IMG/VR virus record: IMGVR_UViG_3300027804_000205
Span: 1 to 25,751 of that record
Origin: a virus
Lineage: Duplodnaviria > Caudoviricetes
Direction: 5' to 3' (one strand)
DNA length: 25,751 nucleotides
Shown: positions 23,351 to 25,751 of the stretch, in pieces
Layout: every line of letters begins with the position of its first letter
Position numbering within the stretch: the stretch's first letter is position 1
Position numbers and translations under genes: made by a program
Notes under the pieces: generated by a model
The model's input: the letters and a program-made list of their open reading frames with translations, nothing else
The model's database searches: none
What the model was told of the DNA's origin: nothing

Positions 23351-25615
23351 ATGGCACGCAACTATGCTGGCTACATAGAGGGTTGGGAGGAAGGAAAAAA
23401 ATTCCTTCGCGAGCAACGCTCGGAAAACGCCAAAGCGTGGCAGATGTTTATCGACGAGGCCACAAAAAACGACACGCCTCTGACGGCAGAGGCGCTTGAT
23501 CAATTCCGCTCGTCAATCACTGGTGGAGACCCTTACTTCTCTGATGCTCTGCCATCAAAGTCGATGATGCAGACTATCGCTGGCAATCAAAACCAGCGCG
23601 TCGTCTCAAACATCCTCGAGAGAACGACAAAAGACTTCGAGAACAACAAGAAGCAGTTGGACACTGGCGCTGCCTTCATTGGGATTTCCGATACTCCTGA
23701 CATTGCCCAACAAAAAATTAATCAAGCATTCGGCCCACAAGCAGGAGCTACTTGGTGGTCAAAGCACGGCAGCAGTCTTGAGGAAATTCAAACCAAGAAG
23801 CTAAATGATCGAGTATCTGAACTCATCACAACACCTCGGTTTACAAACGCAAACGATCCAAAAGACATCGACGCTCTTTTTGAGAAAGAGCCTGCAATCG
23901 TGAAGAACGCTTTGCGTCAGTCCATGACTGATCGCATGGAAACTCAACGCAAGACTCAGATTCAGGCTGCGTCTCAGGCCATCGAGACGTTGAATGATCC
24001 AACCATGATTTACATGGACGATGCTGCTTTGAAGAAGCGCGTTCAAGGAATTGCATCGGCGCATGGATTAAATAATCCAACCGATCAGGAAACCAATCAG
24101 CTTATTGCTGCCTTAAAAAATCGCAGAGACGTAACAAACTCTGCGGAGAACGCTCGAAAAGTCAAAGACCTGAACAACCTGTTGACCGCTCCAGACGGTG
24201 AACTCAAGTCCCTTCTTGAGACGTATCGCGGTCAGGCAATGACTCCAGACATGATGCTTGACATCATCAACAACGCATCTGCACGAGTCGGCATGCAGCG
24301 TTTTGCCACTATCGAAGAAGCACGAAAAGTTCTTGGAACAGACTTCGAGCAAACATTCACAAGAATGCGTGCTCGCTTCGACTTCCAGCAAAGTCAGGCA
24401 GCCGCAACACAGTACGGTCAAACTCAAGCAGAAGCGTATTTCGACAACTTCAAGATCAACGTCAAGACGAGTGTCAACAGCGCCGTTCAAACCGGAACAC
24501 TCAAGAAAGATGGCCCAGCCTATTTGGCCTTGGTCAACCTTGTCGAGCGCGGATTGTCGACAGACGCTCCGCTTGATGATGTCGTTAAGACGGCGGCTCA
24601 ACTTGAAAAGGGAGCAGACAACGCAGAGGTTGTTCTGGCTGGCCTGCAAAGAAGGTACATGTGGCGCACCAAGCCGGAGCTTGCCATCAAGTATTCGTCT
24701 GAGCACATGGCTGCAAAGGGCGTGGCGGTTCGCCCCGGCGAGTCCGTCAATCGTCACGTCTCAGAGTCTCATGAACTTGTGAGCAAACTTATCAGCAACC
24801 TGATGACCAAAATCCAGAACGATGGCCCAGCCAACTGGAATGGCTCTGCGTACACAAAAGAATTTGCTGCTGAGATTGAGGCGAACAAGCAAAACATTCG
24901 CACCATCGTCAGCAACATGCGCACTAAATGGAGTTCCGGTGAACCGGCAAACTTTGCCGAGTACGGAACAACCATTCAGTTCACTGTCAAAAACGCAGAC
25001 GGCTCAACTAGAGTCGGGACGGGAAGCGTTCAAGACTACTTGAACCAGCAACTCATCGAATACGACAAGATGGTCAATGGCATCGACTCCAAGATCAGTC
25101 GCATTGATCACAGCAAAACGCCAACCAAGGCTATTCTTCCGACAAACGAGCAGGCTCGCAACAACTCAACCATCAGTCAGTCCGTCACTGATGACCCGAA
25201 GAAAACTGCTGTTCAAAATTGGTCTGAAAGACAAGATCGTGCAGGCAATGCAACCACTGCTCTTAACTCGGCGATGGGTGTTTACTCTGGCTTCTACGGC
25301 CCATACGACAGACTCATGCGTAAAGAAGCCGATGTGCAAAAGCTCGGATTCAAAAATTTTGAAGAATTTGATGCTTGGATTGATCGAATGGGCGGAGTTG
25401 GCACTGTTGGTTCATCTGCCGGATCAAACAATCAGCATCTAGCTGCTTACCTTACATCCCACCCAGATGAGTCAAAGCTCCTTCAAGAACTTGCGGCAAA
25501 AGCTCGCGAGACTGGAGACCTTCGCCCCATCACTGAACGCCTGCGCCTGCTAGAAGAAAATGTCAGGACAGGCGGAGGAGCAGTCCCCCGGGCAAATCTG
25601 CCCGGGGGAGGTTAG
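23351..25615 (+). CDS. Large helical putative internal virion/ejection protein (754 aa)
   Basis: Long ORF in the internal-protein position; predominantly helical composition; no catalytic motif recognised. Confidence 0.7.
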   Translation: MARNYAGYIEGWEEGKKFLREQRSENAKAWQMFIDEATKNDTPLTAEALDQFRSSITGGDPYFSDALPSKSMMQTIAGNQNQRVVSNILERTTKDFENNKKQLDTGAAFIGISDTPDIAQQKINQAFGPQAGATWWSKHGSSLEEIQTKKLNDRVSELITTPRFTNANDPKDIDALFEKEPAIVKNALRQSMTDRMETQRKTQIQAASQAIETLNDPTMIYMDDAALKKRVQGIASAHGLNNPTDQETNQLIAALKNRRDVTNSAENARKVKDLNNLLTAPDGELKSLLETYRGQAMTPDMMLDIINNASARVGMQRFATIEEARKVLGTDFEQTFTRMRARFDFQQSQAAATQYGQTQAEAYFDNFKINVKTSVNSAVQTGTLKKDGPAYLALVNLVERGLSTDAPLDDVVKTAAQLEKGADNAEVVLAGLQRRYMWRTKPELAIKYSSEHMAAKGVAVRPGESVNRHVSESHELVSKLISNLMTKIQNDGPANWNGSAYTKEFAAEIEANKQNIRTIVSNMRTKWSSGEPANFAEYGTTIQFTVKNADGSTRVGTGSVQDYLNQQLIEYDKMVNGIDSKISRIDHSKTPTKAILPTNEQARNNSTISQSVTDDPKKTAVQNWSERQDRAGNATTALNSAMGVYSGFYGPYDRLMRKEADVQKLGFKNFEEFDAWIDRMGGVGTVGSSAGSNNQHLAAYLTSHPDESKLLQELAAKARETGDLRPITERLRLLEENVRTGGGAVPRANLPGGG

Positions 25616-25694
25616 CTCGGTTAACAACCAACCCCAAAATTCCACAGTAAATAGGGCATCGTCGAGAGCGGCATCTGGGCCGCTCGAGGTTGTG

Positions 25695-25751
25695 CCTGCG
25701 CCCGCACCCGCACCTGCACCTGCACCTGCACCCGCACCTGCACCTGCACCT
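25695..25751. repeat. Hexamer tandem repeat (CCYGCR)n running off the window
   Basis: CCTGCG CCCGCA CCCGCA CCTGCA... It encodes (Pro-Ala)n on + or (Gly-Ala)n on -, with variation only at wobble positions. Confidence 0.9.

Noticed and set aside
17948-24757. Long minus-strand ORFs (17948..18700, 22784..23503, 24113..24757)
   Set aside because: Antisense shadows of structural genes; no RBS and no recognisable motifs.

Overview
The window is a segment of a tailed dsDNA phage genome with podovirus-like organisation (no tape measure, tail tube or sheath genes seen). It has two divergent blocks. Positions 1-2409 hold a leftward cluster of small early-type genes with strong AAGGAG ribosome-binding sites, including a partial DUF1281/YubB-like gene, plus an intrinsic terminator. 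A ~520-bp non-coding divergence region follows. From 2928 a rightward packaging and morphogenesis block runs: small terminase, an unexplained 260-aa insert, large terminase, portal, a fibre module with RCC1-like repeats and two paralogous accessory proteins, a DUF6127-like holin candidate, scaffold, SU10-type major capsid, adaptor, nozzle, a second fibre, a GNAT protein and several putative internal/ejection proteins. The most notable observations are: (1) a recurring GC-UACG-GC hairpin with a C.Y mismatch and covarying outer stem, in front of the scaffold and capsid genes; (2) a GGACGAC motif opening each large late intergenic gap; (3) a shared C-terminal G[WF]G-x6-COOH signature on three putative internal virion proteins; (4) a signal-less, beta-barrel-like protein between terS and terL; (5) duplicated fixed-spacing hairpin elements upstream of the early genes. 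All family assignments come from motif recognition by eye; no database searches were run. I found no tRNA, rRNA, CRISPR array, integrase or transposase.
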